A stretch of 63,942 nucleotides of DNA, filler included, from Chrysochromulina tobinii (GCA_001275005.1; 5 parts of 5 records of this genome joined end to end with filler, not necessarily neighbours in it), one strand, 5' to 3'; positions 29,064 to 40,923 are shown, numbered from the whole stretch's first letter. The notes: generated by a model from the sequence alone, not told the origin. A program made the numbers and translations.

Positions 29064-31758
29064 TCATGCTGGGAAAATGGCGGCCGTAGTTGCCGTGTGG
29101 AACTTCATCAGGGGCGAGCTGGGGGGCGAGCCCGCCGCCTTGCTGGTCGGGGAGCCAGTCGGCCTGACGCCGAGGCCGACTGGCACGTGTGGTGGCATCT
29201 TGATAGGGGCGCCTAAGCCGCCTGGGCTTGGCGGGTGGGCGTCGTGGTGGGCGTTGGCGGAGGGCGTAGGGGCGTCAGTGACGCCCGTCGGCTGCGGCGG
29301 CGGCAGTGGACCGAAAAGTGTCGCGTTCACGTTCACAGCCACCATCGCGACGCCCTTGAGCTTGCTCGCGCTGCCCAGCACGACGCGCGTGATGCGGTTC
29401 GAGATGGCGAGATGGTTGAGCGACACCGCGGCGGCAGCTTCGGGCGCGCTCGGCGCGATCGCCCCTTGGTCCCACGCAGCGTCTGCAGCAGCATGTACGC
29501 TGTCAATCCTCTCGCCCACCGCGGCGCTCCTCTCGCCCACCACGGCGCTCCTCTCGCCCACCACGGCGCTCCTCTCGGCCTCCGCCGCCGCGGCCGCCCA
29601 AGCACGCCACGCCGTCCCGGGCGCCCTCGCTGGCGGGTCTACGTGGCCAAGGAGCTCGAGCAGCGCGGCCGCCTGCGCGCGCAGCCAGCCGACACGCCCA
29701 TACGCGAGCGTGACGAGCGGATCGGCGCAGTTGGACTGCAGGAGCACCCGCCGCGCCGCCGTGCTCCGTGCGAGGGCGCTGAGCGCGGCGAGGGCGCCGC
29801 CTTGGGCATCGGCAGAGCGAGAGAGGAGCGAGACGAGCGGCGGCACGGCCCCTGCCGTCAGCAGCGCCCTGCGTTGTGGTTCGTCCGTGCTCGCGACAGC
29901 GCCCAGCAAAGCGGCCGCATGCCGGTGCGACAGCGCGGCGCGCTCTGTGCCGAGCATGGCGACCACGTGGCTCAGGCAGCCTGGCTGGCTTAGGGCGGCG
30001 AGGACGCTGGCGTCGTGTTGGCGAGCGAGTTCGACGAGCACCGCCGCAGCCGCCTGCTGCGCCGCCTCGACGGGCGCCGGCGGCGCCGGCGGCAGCACGG
30101 GTGGCGAGGCAGCCACTGCCTCCTTGCCGCCCGTGGCATCGGCCAATGGCGCCGTCGCGGGCGCGGCGGCGGGTGGGATCCATTCGAGCATGCGCAGCAG
30201 GGGCGCGAGGCCACCTACCTTGAGGAGAGTCGCCGGCGCACCGGCCGATCCGTTCACATTCACACCGGCCGATCCGATCAGGAAGCCCAGCAGCCGCGCA
30301 GCCTGCGTGCGCACCTGTGGGGAGAGAGGGCGCCGTGGTGAGCACATGCATGCAGGAAGCCCAGTAGCCGCGCAGCCTGCGTGCGCACCTGTAGTGCCTG
30401 CGCCACCGCCCACGGATCGTCCGCAGGGTCGGCTGCCTCACCCAAGACGTTGACGAGGTGCGATAGCGCGCCGTGGTGAGCTTCGAGGGCGGCGCAGACG
30501 CGTAGCGAGCTGGCGAGCGAGGCGAGCGAGCCAACGGCTGCGGCGCGCGCCGAGCCGAGCGCCGAGCCGAGCATGTGCGCGAGCGGCGCCCCCGCCCCCG
30601 CCAGCACGCACGCATCTCGACGCTCGGGACGGCGCGAGAGTACCGCGAGCAGCTGGGCGGCCTCCTCGGCCTCGCGGGTGTGAATGTGAACGTGGCCCAA
30701 CAGCCCAATGAGGGCCGGTAGAGTTTCGTCCAATTGAGCGAGCGCCTCGAGCTCAGCGTCGGAGCGGGCGGCAATGCTCGCGAGGGTCTGGATCGCGGCG
30801 AGCGGCGCATGCACTCCGTAAGGGACCCGGCCGGTGGCGCCCACGACGGCGCTCAGCAGCGCCTTTCGGTGGCTTGCATGTGCGCCTTCGCAGAGCATGC
30901 CCAGCACGGCGCTCGCGTGCTTGCGGCATGTCTCGACGGGTGCACCGAGCAGGCGCACAAGCGGCGCAATGGCGCCCGTCTCGAGGCAAGCGCGCTGGTT
31001 GGGCGTGCAGTCGCGGCAGAGCGCGGCCAGAGCGGTCACACCATCAGCCTGTAGCGCAGGACTGCTCGCCGAGAGCATGCCCACGAGGTGCTCGAACGCG
31101 CCCGAGACGGCGCCAATGGCGAGCTGGTTCTCAAGATCGGCAGCAAGGGCAGTGAGCGCTCGCGTCGCATGCTGCGTGCACGCCGGTGGCATCGACGGCC
31201 TGAGCAGAGCGACAAGCGGCGTGAGGCCGCCCTCGACAGCCACCAGGGTCTGGTTGAGCGAGTGGCCCTGGGCCAGCGCACCGAGTGCGGCTGCTGCCCA
31301 TGAGCGCGCACTCTCCGCCGGCCGGCCGCCGGCCTCCACACTCGCCAGCATGGCGACGAGGTGGCCGATGGCGCCCTCCTCGCTGATCGTCGTCTGCATC
31401 TCGCGAGATCGAGCGAGATCGCACAGGGCGCGCGCAGCCACCTCGGCGCCCTCGGCCACCAGCGTCACCTTGTCGCCACTCGAAGCGTGGCTCGCGCCCT
31501 GGGCGAGGGTGCCGTCCGTCGCATGCAACATCTCAATCAGCGCGCCAACCGTACCCGCATTGCATAGCAGTGCGTGAATGCCGCCCTCCGCCCCGCGCGC
31601 CGGTCGAGATATGTGCGATCGCAGTCGCCGCATGCCGCCGGGTCGTCCCACGTGCAGAGCGCAGCAGCGCCACGAGCGGCCCGATGCCACCCGCACGGAC
31701 GACGAGAGTCGCGCCGCTCGCGTGGTTCGACTCGCCTTGCACCCCCGCGGCGGCGGCA

Positions 31759-31805
<47 letters not shown>
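29064..31805 (-). CDS. Armadillo-repeat protein, 5'-truncated by the gap; intron 30315-30388; apparent frameshift near 31590
   Basis: Repeated GAI/GGLxPLVxLL ARM signatures across ORFs 31533-31742, 30278-31696 and 29064-30413. Confidence 0.85.
30315..30388 (-). other. 74-nt GT-AG intron = 36-nt copy of the downstream exon + 38-nt CATGCATGTGCTCACCACGGCGCCCTCTCTCCCCACAG module
   Basis: Direct repeats 30279-30318 and 30353-30392 (39/40 identical); removal joins two ARM ORFs in frame (ALQ|VRTQAARLLG). Confidence 0.9.
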
Positions 31806-31905
31806 NNNNNNNNNNNNNNNNNNNNNNNNNNNNNNNNNNNNNNNNNNNNTTAATTAATTAANNNNNNNNNNNNNNNNNNNNNNNNNNNNNNNNNNNNNNN
31901 NNNNN
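31806..31905. other. Synthetic contig linker N44-TTAATTAATTAA-N44
   Basis: Identical 100-nt spacer, with stops in all six frames, occurs four times. Confidence 0.98.
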
Positions 31906-33164
31906 GCCGAGGCTAAGGCAGCTGCAGAGGCGGCGGCGAAGGCCGAGGCTAAGGCAGCTGCAGAGGCGGCGGCGAAGGCCGAGGCTAAGGCAGCTGCAGA
32001 GGCGGCGGCGAAGGCCGAGGCTGAGGCGGCCGCTGCCGCGGCGGCGGAGGCGGCTGCAGCAGTAGCAGCGGCCGACGCACGGGCGGAGACGTCTGCGGCC
32101 GCGTTGGAGCGGGAGGCGCGATTAGCGCGCGAGAGGGAGCAGGCACAGGCTACGGCGGCCGCCGAGGCGAAGGCGGTAGCCGAGGCGAAGGCGGCGGCTG
32201 AAGCCAATGCGGCAGCAGAGGCCAAGGCAGCAGCTGAGGCTAGAGCAGCAGCAGAAGCCAAGGCAGCAGAGGCCAAGGCAGCGGCGGAGGCCAAGGCGGC
32301 AGAGGCCAAGGCAGCGGCGGAGGCGAAGGCGGCAGCAGAGGCCAAGGCAGCGGCGGAGGCGAAGGCGGCAGCAGAGGCCAAGGCAGCGGCGGAGGCGAAG
32401 GGGGCAGCAGAGGCCGAGGCAGCGACGGAGGCGAAGGCGTCAGCAGAGGCCAAGGCAGCGGCCGAGGCGAAGGCGGCGGCAGAGGCCAAGGCAGCGGCGG
32501 AGGCGAAGGAGACGGCCGAGCTGAAGGCGGCGGCCGACATCGCCGCAGCGCAAGTGAAGGCGTCAGCCGAGGCGAAGGCAGCGGCCGACAGGGCGGCAGC
32601 GGAGGCCGAGGCGAAGACCAAGGGAGCACCGCCTGTCCCAGTGGAGCTACGTCCAGCCGCCGATGCGCCGTGCGCGTCGACCAGCGACGCGGTGGCACGA
32701 CCAGGCTCAGTGACTGGTGCAAAGCTTCAGGACGCCCGCGAGCGCGACGCGCGCCTGAACTCCACCGCATGGGCTCCACCACCGCCGCTGCCGTCCACAC
32801 CGGCGCCGTCCAGGGCGAGCGTGCCGCGCGCCGAGGGCAGCGGCCTCGATGGTCCCAGCTTTGAGGTAAGAGGCAAGGGAGCGCTGCCTGCAGGCGCGCG
32901 CCAGCCGCTCGACGCGAAGGCGGCCTACATCCGCACTGCCGAGACGATGCGGCGCAACGCGGAGCGCAACGAGGGCACCATCGGCGATCTCGCCCTCAAG
33001 CTCGCGGAGATGCAGGCGACGACCTGCGAGCTGCGCACGCGCTCGGCCATCCGACGGCCCGGCGGCGCGCCCGAGACACTCGGAGCAGAGGGCGCGAGCG
33101 GTCGCCCACCCACCAACACCGAGCGCACCAGGCCACACCGCCCCGCTGGGGAGCTGGCTGGATT

Positions 33165-33198
<34 letters not shown>

Positions 33199-33294
33199 CC
33201 GCGGCGCCATGGCAAGACCGGCAACATGCTACAGTGGCACGGTACGCGCTCATACTTGGAGCAGGACCTGCACCTTCATGCGGAGCGCCGCTAA
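31906..33294 (+). CDS. AEAKA-repeat low-complexity helical protein (5'-truncated)
   Basis: Open frame from the gap with many AEAKAA repeats, then a Pro-rich segment and a short coiled coil. Confidence 0.65.
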
Positions 33295-33991
33295 ACATCG
33301 GATCCACTTGTAACGTTAGCCCGGCACCCAGTCCGCCCACACCCGCCCGGCCCGTCCAGCACCTCGCCTCTCCCGGCGTCCGAGCGTCCGCTTCCGGCGC
33401 GCCGGACCACGAGGACCGACAACTGGCCGAAGTGAGCGAACACTCCGAGTGTAACACTGCAGCGTAAATCCTGCGTAATACGGTACGTTCTTGTGGCCTT
33501 GTCATTGAGCTCTAGAGGTAGATGTACACGAAGAACGACCGAGCGGATCTAGCACCGCACATCCGGCATGTAAATGATTTGAGAAAAGGATTCGGCGCGC
33601 GCTCAGAGCGTGTTGCATACGATACCTTGTACGATTTGTAAGTAGAGAACACGCGACGATCTACATGTATACGACATCTCTCCCTGTCTTCCACAACCAC
33701 ATCAACCGCCCACCCCGACTTCCTTGTTGTGGTGTTCCCCTGGGTTCATCCTTGTGGTGCTCCTTTGACTCCTCTTATGTTCCTGTACAGCGCAGTAACA
33801 GCGCAGTGCTTTCAGTGCTTCCAATGCGTCCTTGTTTTCCTTCCCATCTTGTCCTCCATGAGTCCTTGTACATGTATGTTCCTTGTGCCCCTTGGCCGCT
33901 TGGGCTGCTCACCTTGTCTGTTAGTTTCCTGGAAGTACTTGCTCTCGCGAAAGACGAGCTGCGCCTTCTTCTGATCGTGTCTGATCCCCCT

Positions 33992-34035
33992 CCCCTCCCG
34001 TTACCCCTCCCGTTACCCCTCCCGTACCCCTCCCG
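33992..34035. repeat. 12-bp tandem repeat CCCCTCCCGTTA x~3.5
   Basis: Seen directly. Confidence 0.8.
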
Positions 34036-34107
34036 GGTTTAAGGGGGGTACATAGGGGGCGAAAGTAAGGGCGAAAGGGGGGGCGCTGAGGTTATCCGAC
34101 AGGCCCA

Positions 34108-34743
34108 TCACACCGACACCCCCATACTGCGAGCACCAAGTAAGAACGTCATCCAAAAAGCGTTGTCGCCCAACGGTGCACGATGCTGCAGTCTGCGCTC
34201 GCGAAGTACGTTTCCAAATCCCTCAGCAGCGGATGCTCGGATGAGGCGATTGATCTCGTCTGCTTCGGTTGGGTGTCTGCCCGTCTTATTTGTGGAGCGG
34301 CTTGCTTCACCTGTGGCTTGCAACTTCGAAGTATTCCGTTTGTGAATCGATTTGCGAAGTGTCTCAAGATCAGACTCCCTCTCCTCATCCTGCGCGAAGA
34401 GCTCAGCCATTTCGATTTCGGCTGCTAACCTGGCGTGGAGTTCAGCATCTAAACGCCGAGCAAGCTCAATGTCAAGTTGTGCTTTAACGGATGCCTTCAT
34501 GCTCCGTCGCCAGCTCCGAGGTGCCGAATAGAGGACTTCGATAGAAGTGCGTTTGGCTTGCGGAGGCTGTCGCGAGGCCGACGGGAGTTGTACTTGGCGC
34601 GGCAACTCGAGGCTGCTCCTGCTACTCATACTCCCCCGAGCACGGAATTGTTGGGTCGGCATCTCGATGCTGGAGCTTCTGCTACTCATACTCCCCGAGG
34701 GGCGCATGCTCCATGAAAGCTTGTCACGCAATTTTTTGGACAT
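34108..34743 (-). CDS. Hypothetical protein with coiled-coil segment in a lower-GC region
   Basis: ORF with internal 60-bp-spaced duplication (GSMSSRSS x2) and helical ELARRLDAELHARLAAEIE; no family recognised. Confidence 0.4.
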   Translation of the reverse strand: MSKKLRDKLSWSMRPSGSMSSRSSSIEMPTQQFRARGSMSSRSSLELPRQVQLPSASRQPPQAKRTSIEVLYSAPRSWRRSMKASVKAQLDIELARRLDAELHARLAAEIEMAELFAQDEERESDLETLRKSIHKRNTSKLQATGEASRSTNKTGRHPTEADEINRLIRASAAEGFGNVLRERRLQHRAPLGDNAFWMTFLLGARSMGVSV

Positions 34744-35135
34744 CCGTCCGGTCAAACACAATTTTAATTAAATTCGAACAGAAAGTAACGGGAGGGCATG
34801 CATGCTTACCTGCTCATGCTTACAAGAATTGGTGACCCGTCGAGGACCTTATCGAGGACCACGACGACGCATGATTCTTTCAAAATGCTTCCAGCCAGTT
34901 GTTCGTAATCTGATTGTCATCGAACTTAAATCGAACGATTATGTAACCCAGAATCCCACCCACACCCACACGGCGACCTGCTGCTCACGGCCCCACGACA
35001 CACCACAGACAGAATTCCGCGTCTCTCACCATACATGTATACCGTACAGTAGTGTCTCTCGGCCATTTGTCGCATGCACAAAAAAGGGGCGCTCGCATTC
35101 GCGCATGTACTCTTTGCATCCTCTGAATCCTTCCA

Positions 35136-36037
35136 ATGAAACAATTCTTCGTCACACTGTTGCTTCTCCGAGCCATCACTGCCGGTGCGAGCTGGGTAGG
35201 CTACACGATGCATACACGCGTCGAGGCATGCAAGTCCCTGACCCCGTCGAGGCGCTTCGGCCACGTGCATGCCTTGATGGTGGAAGACCCTGAGCAAGGT
35301 TGGAAGGCATCGCTCGACGAGCTGCACAAATTCGCTGATTCGTGGGGCAATTCAAACGCGCCTATGAACACGCCGCTCGGTCGGTGGTGCGCCACCCAGA
35401 GGCGCTTGAATACGCTCGGGCAACTCGTTGATGAACGCGTGGTGCGCGCCAGCCCTTCCCGAGAGTGCGACTCGTGCGCGCTGTGTCCGCTGTGATGCCC
35501 TTCATCCCTCCCCGCCGCCACATCTTCCTTCGTTTCGCGCAGCGAGCTCTCGACAACTTGGGCTTCCTCTGGGACTCACCCACCGACATAGATGACCCCA
35601 CGGCTGAATTTCCGGGCGGTGACAGTTGGGACACCATGTGCGACCGATTCGCCGGGTATCGGCAAGAGTACGGTGATGGCCAAGTGCCCAAAAAGTTCAA
35701 CCTGGATCCGGTGCTCGGCGGCTGGGTGGCGGCCGTGCGCCGCCGTCGCGAGGCGCTCGGCGCGTCACGCGTCGTGCAGCTCGAGGCCTTAGGCTTCGAA
35801 TGGGTCTCGACGAGGCAGTGTGGTTCCGCCTTCATGGAGACGTTTAGAGAGTTACGGTGCTTCTACGATGAACATGGGCACACCGAGGTCGCAAGAGTGC
35901 TGGGCGAGACTTCGGATTTGGCGCGCTGGTGTGACGCGCAGCGCAGTGCGAACGCGCGAGGGCTGCTGCCTGATAAGCGGCAGGCGTATCTGGAGGGGAT
36001 CGGCTTCGCGTGGTGCAAGGATCCGACGCAACTGTGA
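35136..36037 (+). CDS. Helicase-associated (HA) domain repeat protein with signal peptide; exons 35136-35441, 35543-36037
   Basis: Three HA repeats (W...L..F...G...P...LGRWCATQR...R|RALDNLGFLW; LGGWV..VR..LEALGFEW; LARWCDAQR..LEGIGFAW); 101-nt GT-AG intron. Confidence 0.85.
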
Positions 36038-37013
36038 ACGCAACGGTGATCGGTGCAGGCGCAAGATGTTGCCCGCAGTAGGCAAGCAATGGTGGCCATC
36101 GCGGCATCGGCGGTTTCAGCGTAGGGGTCACAAGGAGGTCTGTGGTGTCGCAGAGACCGAAACGGACCATGAGAGCGGCCCGGACCGACGGAACGACTCT
36201 GATGCGCTCGGCCCTGGCGGCCCTCAGGCTCAGCCACCCGACCCTACTCAGCACACTTACTACGGTGTATGACTGATTGACTGTTTGTAGAGCACTCAGA
36301 TTAAAATCAGGGTATGTGGATTGTGTGCAAATCCAGATATTAATTCCTCCCCTACCCCCACTTGGGTAAATCACATTTATAATCACTCATATTGATTATT
36401 GTTTATTCGAAATTAGGCATAGCCATAGGATCGGATTGGATCGGATTGTACATTATTGTGTGCAAATCCACAGAGCCTCGTTGCCTGCGGCGCGCCATGC
36501 TGTGCGCGGGCTGGTATCGTGTGCGTCCTGTGTGCGAAGCGCACGCGCAATCAGAGTGCTAGTACTACAACATGCAAGACTCCATGTCGACTTCGGGACC
36601 CACATTTAGTAGTACTAGCATCAACATTTTCCTTGTTTTCCGTCCGGCTAGCGGCCAGTGCGGCTTCGCTTGTTTTAAATCGAACGTCCGGCGTATTCGT
36701 ATCTAACTGAAATGAACAACTCTGACATCATAAAGTAACTCGTGAACGTGAAAACTGTTAGTGTATAGACTATAGTGTTGTACGTCGGGGCGAGGATGCG
36801 GGGATCGCGCATCGCGCCTCGTCCGACGTCGGCACGGGCTCGCGTCGTCGCGTCGGCACACGCAACGATACGCATATCCCGCGGATACGGAATCCCCTAG
36901 TACCGCCCTACGACCCCGTCACCTTATTACGGTGTCCTAGTGGTCCTACGGATCCAGTTTTCGCCTTCTTTCGATCTACCTCTCTGAAAGGCACAGTGGC
37001 ACATAGGTGTTGC

Positions 37014-38585
37014 CTAACAAAAACTGATGCCGCACTCGCCGCTGCCGGCCTGCCCGCTCGTGGTCCCGGCCGAATTCTTGACCTTTATTGCAGGGCCGCG
37101 AACCTTGCTCGGCGAAAGCATGCGCGTCCGTTGCTGCTGCTGCTGCGGCGGCGGCGGCGGCTGCGGCGGCGGCGGCGGCGGCGACACCGGTGGCGGCTCC
37201 TGCTGCTGCCCCGCGGGGGCTTGCGCTCGGGGTGATGCCCAGCCAACGGGCGGCGGCGGCGGGTGCTCAGCTTGCCGATGGAAACCCTGTGCGACGAGCG
37301 TCCGTACACGCGCTTCGAGGTGGTCTGCTAGGGCAGGCTGCTCCGCCCACCTTCCGCTGCGCAGGCTGTCGACAGCCTCGACGATAAGTTCCTCCACCTC
37401 GGCACGCGAAAGGCGCGCGAGGTGCTGCGCGATGCCCGAATGGCGCGTGGCCACCTCGGCAGCCGCACTCGCTGCCGCCAGCAAAGCTGGATCGATACTG
37501 AGGCCCCGTTGTGGAACATTCGCGCGCTGTGCCGGGCGCTGTTGGGCAGGCGCGCACGTGACGGGCGTCGCAGTGCGAGGGGCTGCAGGGGCCGCAAATG
37601 CGGCCGCGGCCTGCGTCGCTGCCTGTAGGGCCGCATGTGCTGCTGCCTCCCGCTCTGCCGCCAGCTGCGCTGCCGCTTGCTCCACTGCCTCCTTCTCCGC
37701 CGCAGCCCTCTGCGCTGCGGCGAGCTCTTCAGACGCCAGAAAGGCCGCCGCCTTCAGCCTCGCCGCCCGCTCCGCCGCCGCCTGGCGCTCCACCACCAGC
37801 CTGCGCTCGGCCGCCGCCTTCTCGGCCGCCGCCTTCTCGCCCGCCGCCTTCTCGGCCGCCGCTTTCTTCTCGGCCGCCGCTTTCTTCTCGGCCGCCGCTT
37901 TCTTCTCGGCCGCGGCCTTCTCGGCCGCCGCCTTCTCGGCCGCCGCCTTTTGGGCCGCCGCCTTCTCGGCCGCAGCTTTCTTCTCGGCCGCCGCTTTCTT
38001 CTCGGCCGCCGCCTTCTCGGTCGCCGCCTTCTCGGCCGCCGCCTTTTGGGCCGCCGCCTTTTCGGCCGCCGCCTTCTCGGCCGCGGCTTTTCTCTCGGAA
38101 GCTGCCTTCTCTGCGGCCGCCTTCTCGGCAGCCTTCTTCATCTCCGCAGCCGCTCGTTCGGCCGCAGCCTTCTTCTCCGCGGCCGCCTTCTCCGCGGCCG
38201 CTTTCTCCGCGGCCGCCTTTTCCGCAGCCGCCCTCTCTGAGGCCGCCCTCTCCGCTCGCTCTGCGGCCGCCTTCTCAGCCTCAAGGCGTTTCGCCGCTGC
38301 CGTATCCTCCGCCGCCCACTCAGCAGCTGCCCTCTCGGCCGCCTCGGCTTCAGCCGCCTTCATCATATTGGCAATCTCGGCCTCATCGTCGAGCCCATTT
38401 GTAGGTGTCACCTGCTCGAACCTCTCCACGAATGCAGAGCAATAGGGACACTTGGCGGCCACCCGCTTGGCATGCGTTGCCTTGAGAGCCGCGGCGCATG
38501 CTGCGCATAGGCTGTGCTGGCACGGCATCATCACCTCTGCGACGCATTCATCCGCGCAGACACCGCACAAGTCGTCATCGTCCAT
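37014..38585 (-). CDS. C3HC4 RING-finger protein with AEKAA repeats
   Basis: CGVC...[10 protein letters not shown]...CPYC RING pattern followed by a long [11 protein letters not shown] helix. Confidence 0.8.
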   Translation of the reverse strand: MDDDDLCGVCADECVAEVMMPCQHSLCAACAAALKATHAKRVAAKCPYCSAFVERFEQVTPTNGLDDEAEIANMMKAAEAEAAERAAAEWAAEDTAAAKRLEAEKAAAERAERAASERAAAEKAAAEKAAAEKAAAEKKAAAERAAAEMKKAAEKAAAEKAASERKAAAEKAAAEKAAAQKAAAEKAATEKAAAEKKAAAEKKAAAEKAAAQKAAAEKAAAEKAAAEKKAAAEKKAAAEKKAAAEKAAGEKAAAEKAAAERRLVVERQAAAERAARLKAAAFLASEELAAAQRAAAEKEAVEQAAAQLAAEREAAAHAALQAATQAAAAFAAPAAPRTATPVTCAPAQQRPAQRANVPQRGLSIDPALLAAASAAAEVATRHSGIAQHLARLSRAEVEELIVEAVDSLRSGRWAEQPALADHLEARVRTLVAQGFHRQAEHPPPPPVGWASPRAQAPAGQQQEPPPVSPPPPPPQPPPPPQQQQQRTRMLSPSKVRGPAIKVKNSAGTTSGQAGSGECGISFC

Positions 38586-38778
38586 CGACGTCGCTGAATG
38601 CGTAGCGAAGCGAGGAAACTTGGCCTTTCCTTTCCCCCGAATCTTGACGAACCCCAACTAATTCCCACTGGAGGCCCACGCCCCTCCTCAACACCTACTC
38701 CTGTGAGTCCAGGTTTCCATTGGTGTACCGGGTATTCACACATTCTATTCGGCGAAAACCGAGACTTTCTACTTCAGC

Positions 38779-40923
38779 ATGCCCGCTGCCATCAAGCTGG
38801 GCGCCCTCCACAACGCGCCGTCGAGCGTGGACCCGGCATTTGTGATGGCGCTGTGCACACCACAGCCCTCTTGCCTGCTCAATTCGGCAAGCGAGCGCGA
38901 ACAGATGGCACTGAAGACGCTCGCGCGAGCGCATGCTGCCAACAAGGAAGGTGCGACTGTGAAGGCTGCGGCGCTGTTCTACGAGGCGGCGCAGCTCGAG
39001 CCTTACCGTACGTCTACACTCTTGTCGCATTTGAGCATGCGGTTCAAGCTTGGCGAGGCTGAGCTCGTTGTGGCGAGCTACTTATGGCTGCTTGAGCATC
39101 GAGAGCTCAGTGAGCGAGAGTGGGAGCACGTGCGGTGCAAGCTTCGTGAGGTTAGCCAGCGCGTCGTCGAGACGGAGGAGACGCGCCGCGCGGCCGTGAC
39201 CATCCAGCGCATCGCGCGCGGCCGTTCGGCGTCAACTGCGGTACTCCGGCGGCGGCATCAGAATGAGGCCGCACGGGTCATCAACCGGTGCTGGTTGCGA
39301 CGGGCGCGTCAGCGCCACGACCTTGGCGTCGCGCCGCTCGTGACGCATGTGGTGCTGCTCTGCCTGCCGCCTGCCTTGGTCGACTACAACGGCGGCGCGC
39401 CGCTCGACGAGGCGGACGGCGAGCCGGCGCGTTGTACAGCGCGTCAGCCTGCGAGCGTGCTCGCGTCGTATGCGCTACCGAACCGCCGCCATCTGGTCAG
39501 TCCGGAGGCCCTCGCCCCGTTTGCGAGCATGGCGCTGCCGACGAGCCAGCCGCCGCACGTTGGTGGCGTCCTCAACTTCGTCGTCACCACGCGCAGCGGT
39601 TTGGCGCTGCAGGGGTGTGCCCTCTCCTTCGCGGAGATGCAGCGGCACCCATCGAGCGCCGTTGCGGGCGCTCTGCTACCACACTCGCCCTCGCCCTCGA
39701 TGTCGCCATCGGCATCGACGTCGCCGCGGGAGGTGCTCGTGCTGCTGGGGCAGCGCTACTTGCCCCGCGCGCTCGCAGCGTGCGCGCACGCGCTCTTGCC
39801 GCTTGCCTTGCCCCTGGCGAACGCTGCCGCTGCGGACGCATCCCGTGACGAGTCGTCAGCGAGGTGCGCGAGGTTGCGGGCCGCATGCCGTGCGTTGCTC
39901 TTACAGCCGGCGCCACGCGCCACCGGCTGGCCGTGCGTCGTGGAGTGCGCAGGCGTCCGCGTCACGTGCATCGTGCCCACGTTCCCGGCAGCCTCCACCC
40001 ATGCGAGCGTCGTCGTCGGAGCGAGTGCGCTGTCGGCGGTGCCACCGCCGATGCCGCCGCCAGTCGAGCCTCTCTGCGAGGCGATCGCGCCGATGGGCGT
40101 GGAAGCGCTCACGACGGTGCTGACCGCGCTGCTGCTTGAGCAGAAGGTGCTCCTGATCTCAGCGCGAGCGAGCCGTCTCACCGCCGCTGCTTACACACTG
40201 AGCTCTCTACTCTTCCCCTTTCGCTGGTGTAACACCTTTGCTCCCCTTCTGCCACCCTCGCACGAGGCGGTCACGGCCATGCCCTTCCCATATATCTTGG
40301 GGATCGTGCGCGGCGCGCAGCACGCCCGACACGGCGCCCGACCGACGCCGGCCGCGCACGCCGGCGCCGAAACGGCGCCGTGTTGGGCGCCCGAGACGGC
40401 GCCGTCGTCGCCGAGCGAGGCGGTGCTCGTCGTCGGGCGCGAGGTGGTGCGCGTCTTCCTGGACGAGGGGCGTGTCGAAGGCAAAGAACTTCTGCCTCTA
40501 CCTGAGCGCGAGGGCGTCGCCTTCCGCGCGCGCTTGCGTGCGGCTCTCGACGGCGGCGGTCGAGCATTCGGGTCCAGCGCGGCGAGCGATGCTGCTGTGC
40601 AGGCCGCATGCCTCGCCCTCACCAGCTCGTTGCTGTGCGACTGCCCGGCGCGTCTCGCTGTGTCGCGTGGCGCCCGTGACGACGCGTACGGCTCGAGCGC
40701 GGCGGAGGGACTCGAGACGCAGGACGAAGAGGTACGCGAGATCACCGACGCTTTCATACGCAAGCAGCCGGTGCTCTCGCGTGCCTTCGCGCGCAAGCTG
40801 TCCGAGACGGCCTCGTTCAAGCACTTCGTCGAGGTGCTTGTCCAACCCTCGTGCGCATGGCCGCGCTGGATGCACCTGTTCGCAGCGCACGCTCGCCACG
40901 AGGCGAAGAGGCGGCCGACCTGA
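38779..40923 (+). CDS. DENN-domain protein (Rab GEF-like) with IQ motifs
   Basis: IQ AAVTIQRIARG; cDENN TALLLEQKVLLIS...LLFPFRWCNTFAPLLP...PFPYILGI; dDENN F..K...ETASFKHFVE. Confidence 0.85.
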   Translation: MPAAIKLGALHNAPSSVDPAFVMALCTPQPSCLLNSASEREQMALKTLARAHAANKEGATVKAAALFYEAAQLEPYRTSTLLSHLSMRFKLGEAELVVASYLWLLEHRELSEREWEHVRCKLREVSQRVVETEETRRAAVTIQRIARGRSASTAVLRRRHQNEAARVINRCWLRRARQRHDLGVAPLVTHVVLLCLPPALVDYNGGAPLDEADGEPARCTARQPASVLASYALPNRRHLVSPEALAPFASMALPTSQPPHVGGVLNFVVTTRSGLALQGCALSFAEMQRHPSSAVAGALLPHSPSPSMSPSASTSPREVLVLLGQRYLPRALAACAHALLPLALPLANAAAADASRDESSARCARLRAACRALLLQPAPRATGWPCVVECAGVRVTCIVPTFPAASTHASVVVGASALSAVPPPMPPPVEPLCEAIAPMGVEALTTVLTALLLEQKVLLISARASRLTAAAYTLSSLLFPFRWCNTFAPLLPPSHEAVTAMPFPYILGIVRGAQHARHGARPTPAAHAGAETAPCWAPETAPSSPSEAVLVVGREVVRVFLDEGRVEGKELLPLPEREGVAFRARLRAALDGGGRAFGSSAASDAAVQAACLALTSSLLCDCPARLAVSRGARDDAYGSSAAEGLETQDEEVREITDAFIRKQPVLSRAFARKLSETASFKHFVEVLVQPSCAWPRWMHLFAAHARHEAKRRPT

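Noticed and set aside
29032..30453. Long antisense ORFs (e.g. 29032-30453, 37027-38445, 51377-52783, 59814-61061, 6726-7865)
   Set aside because: Shadow frames of GC-rich genes with recognisable or better-biased products on the opposite strand.
31580..31610. Frame switch within the armadillo gene as a possible programmed frameshift
   Set aside because: It lies in short G runs near a contig end with no canonical slippery heptamer; a sequencing indel is more likely.
31806..31905. TTAATTAATTAA palindrome within N runs (also 53181, 56476, 61545)
   Set aside because: Identical artificial spacer with stops in all frames. It is not biological, and adjacency across it is unreliable.
31906..32600. 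AEAKA repeats as bacterial TolA / horizontal transfer (also AEKAA at ~37800-38350)
   Set aside because: Low-complexity similarity only; no TolA TM or C-terminal domain.
33992..34035. CCCCTCCCGTTA repeat as an interstitial telomere
   Set aside because: Only ~3.5 copies, and it does not match TTAGGG-type repeats.
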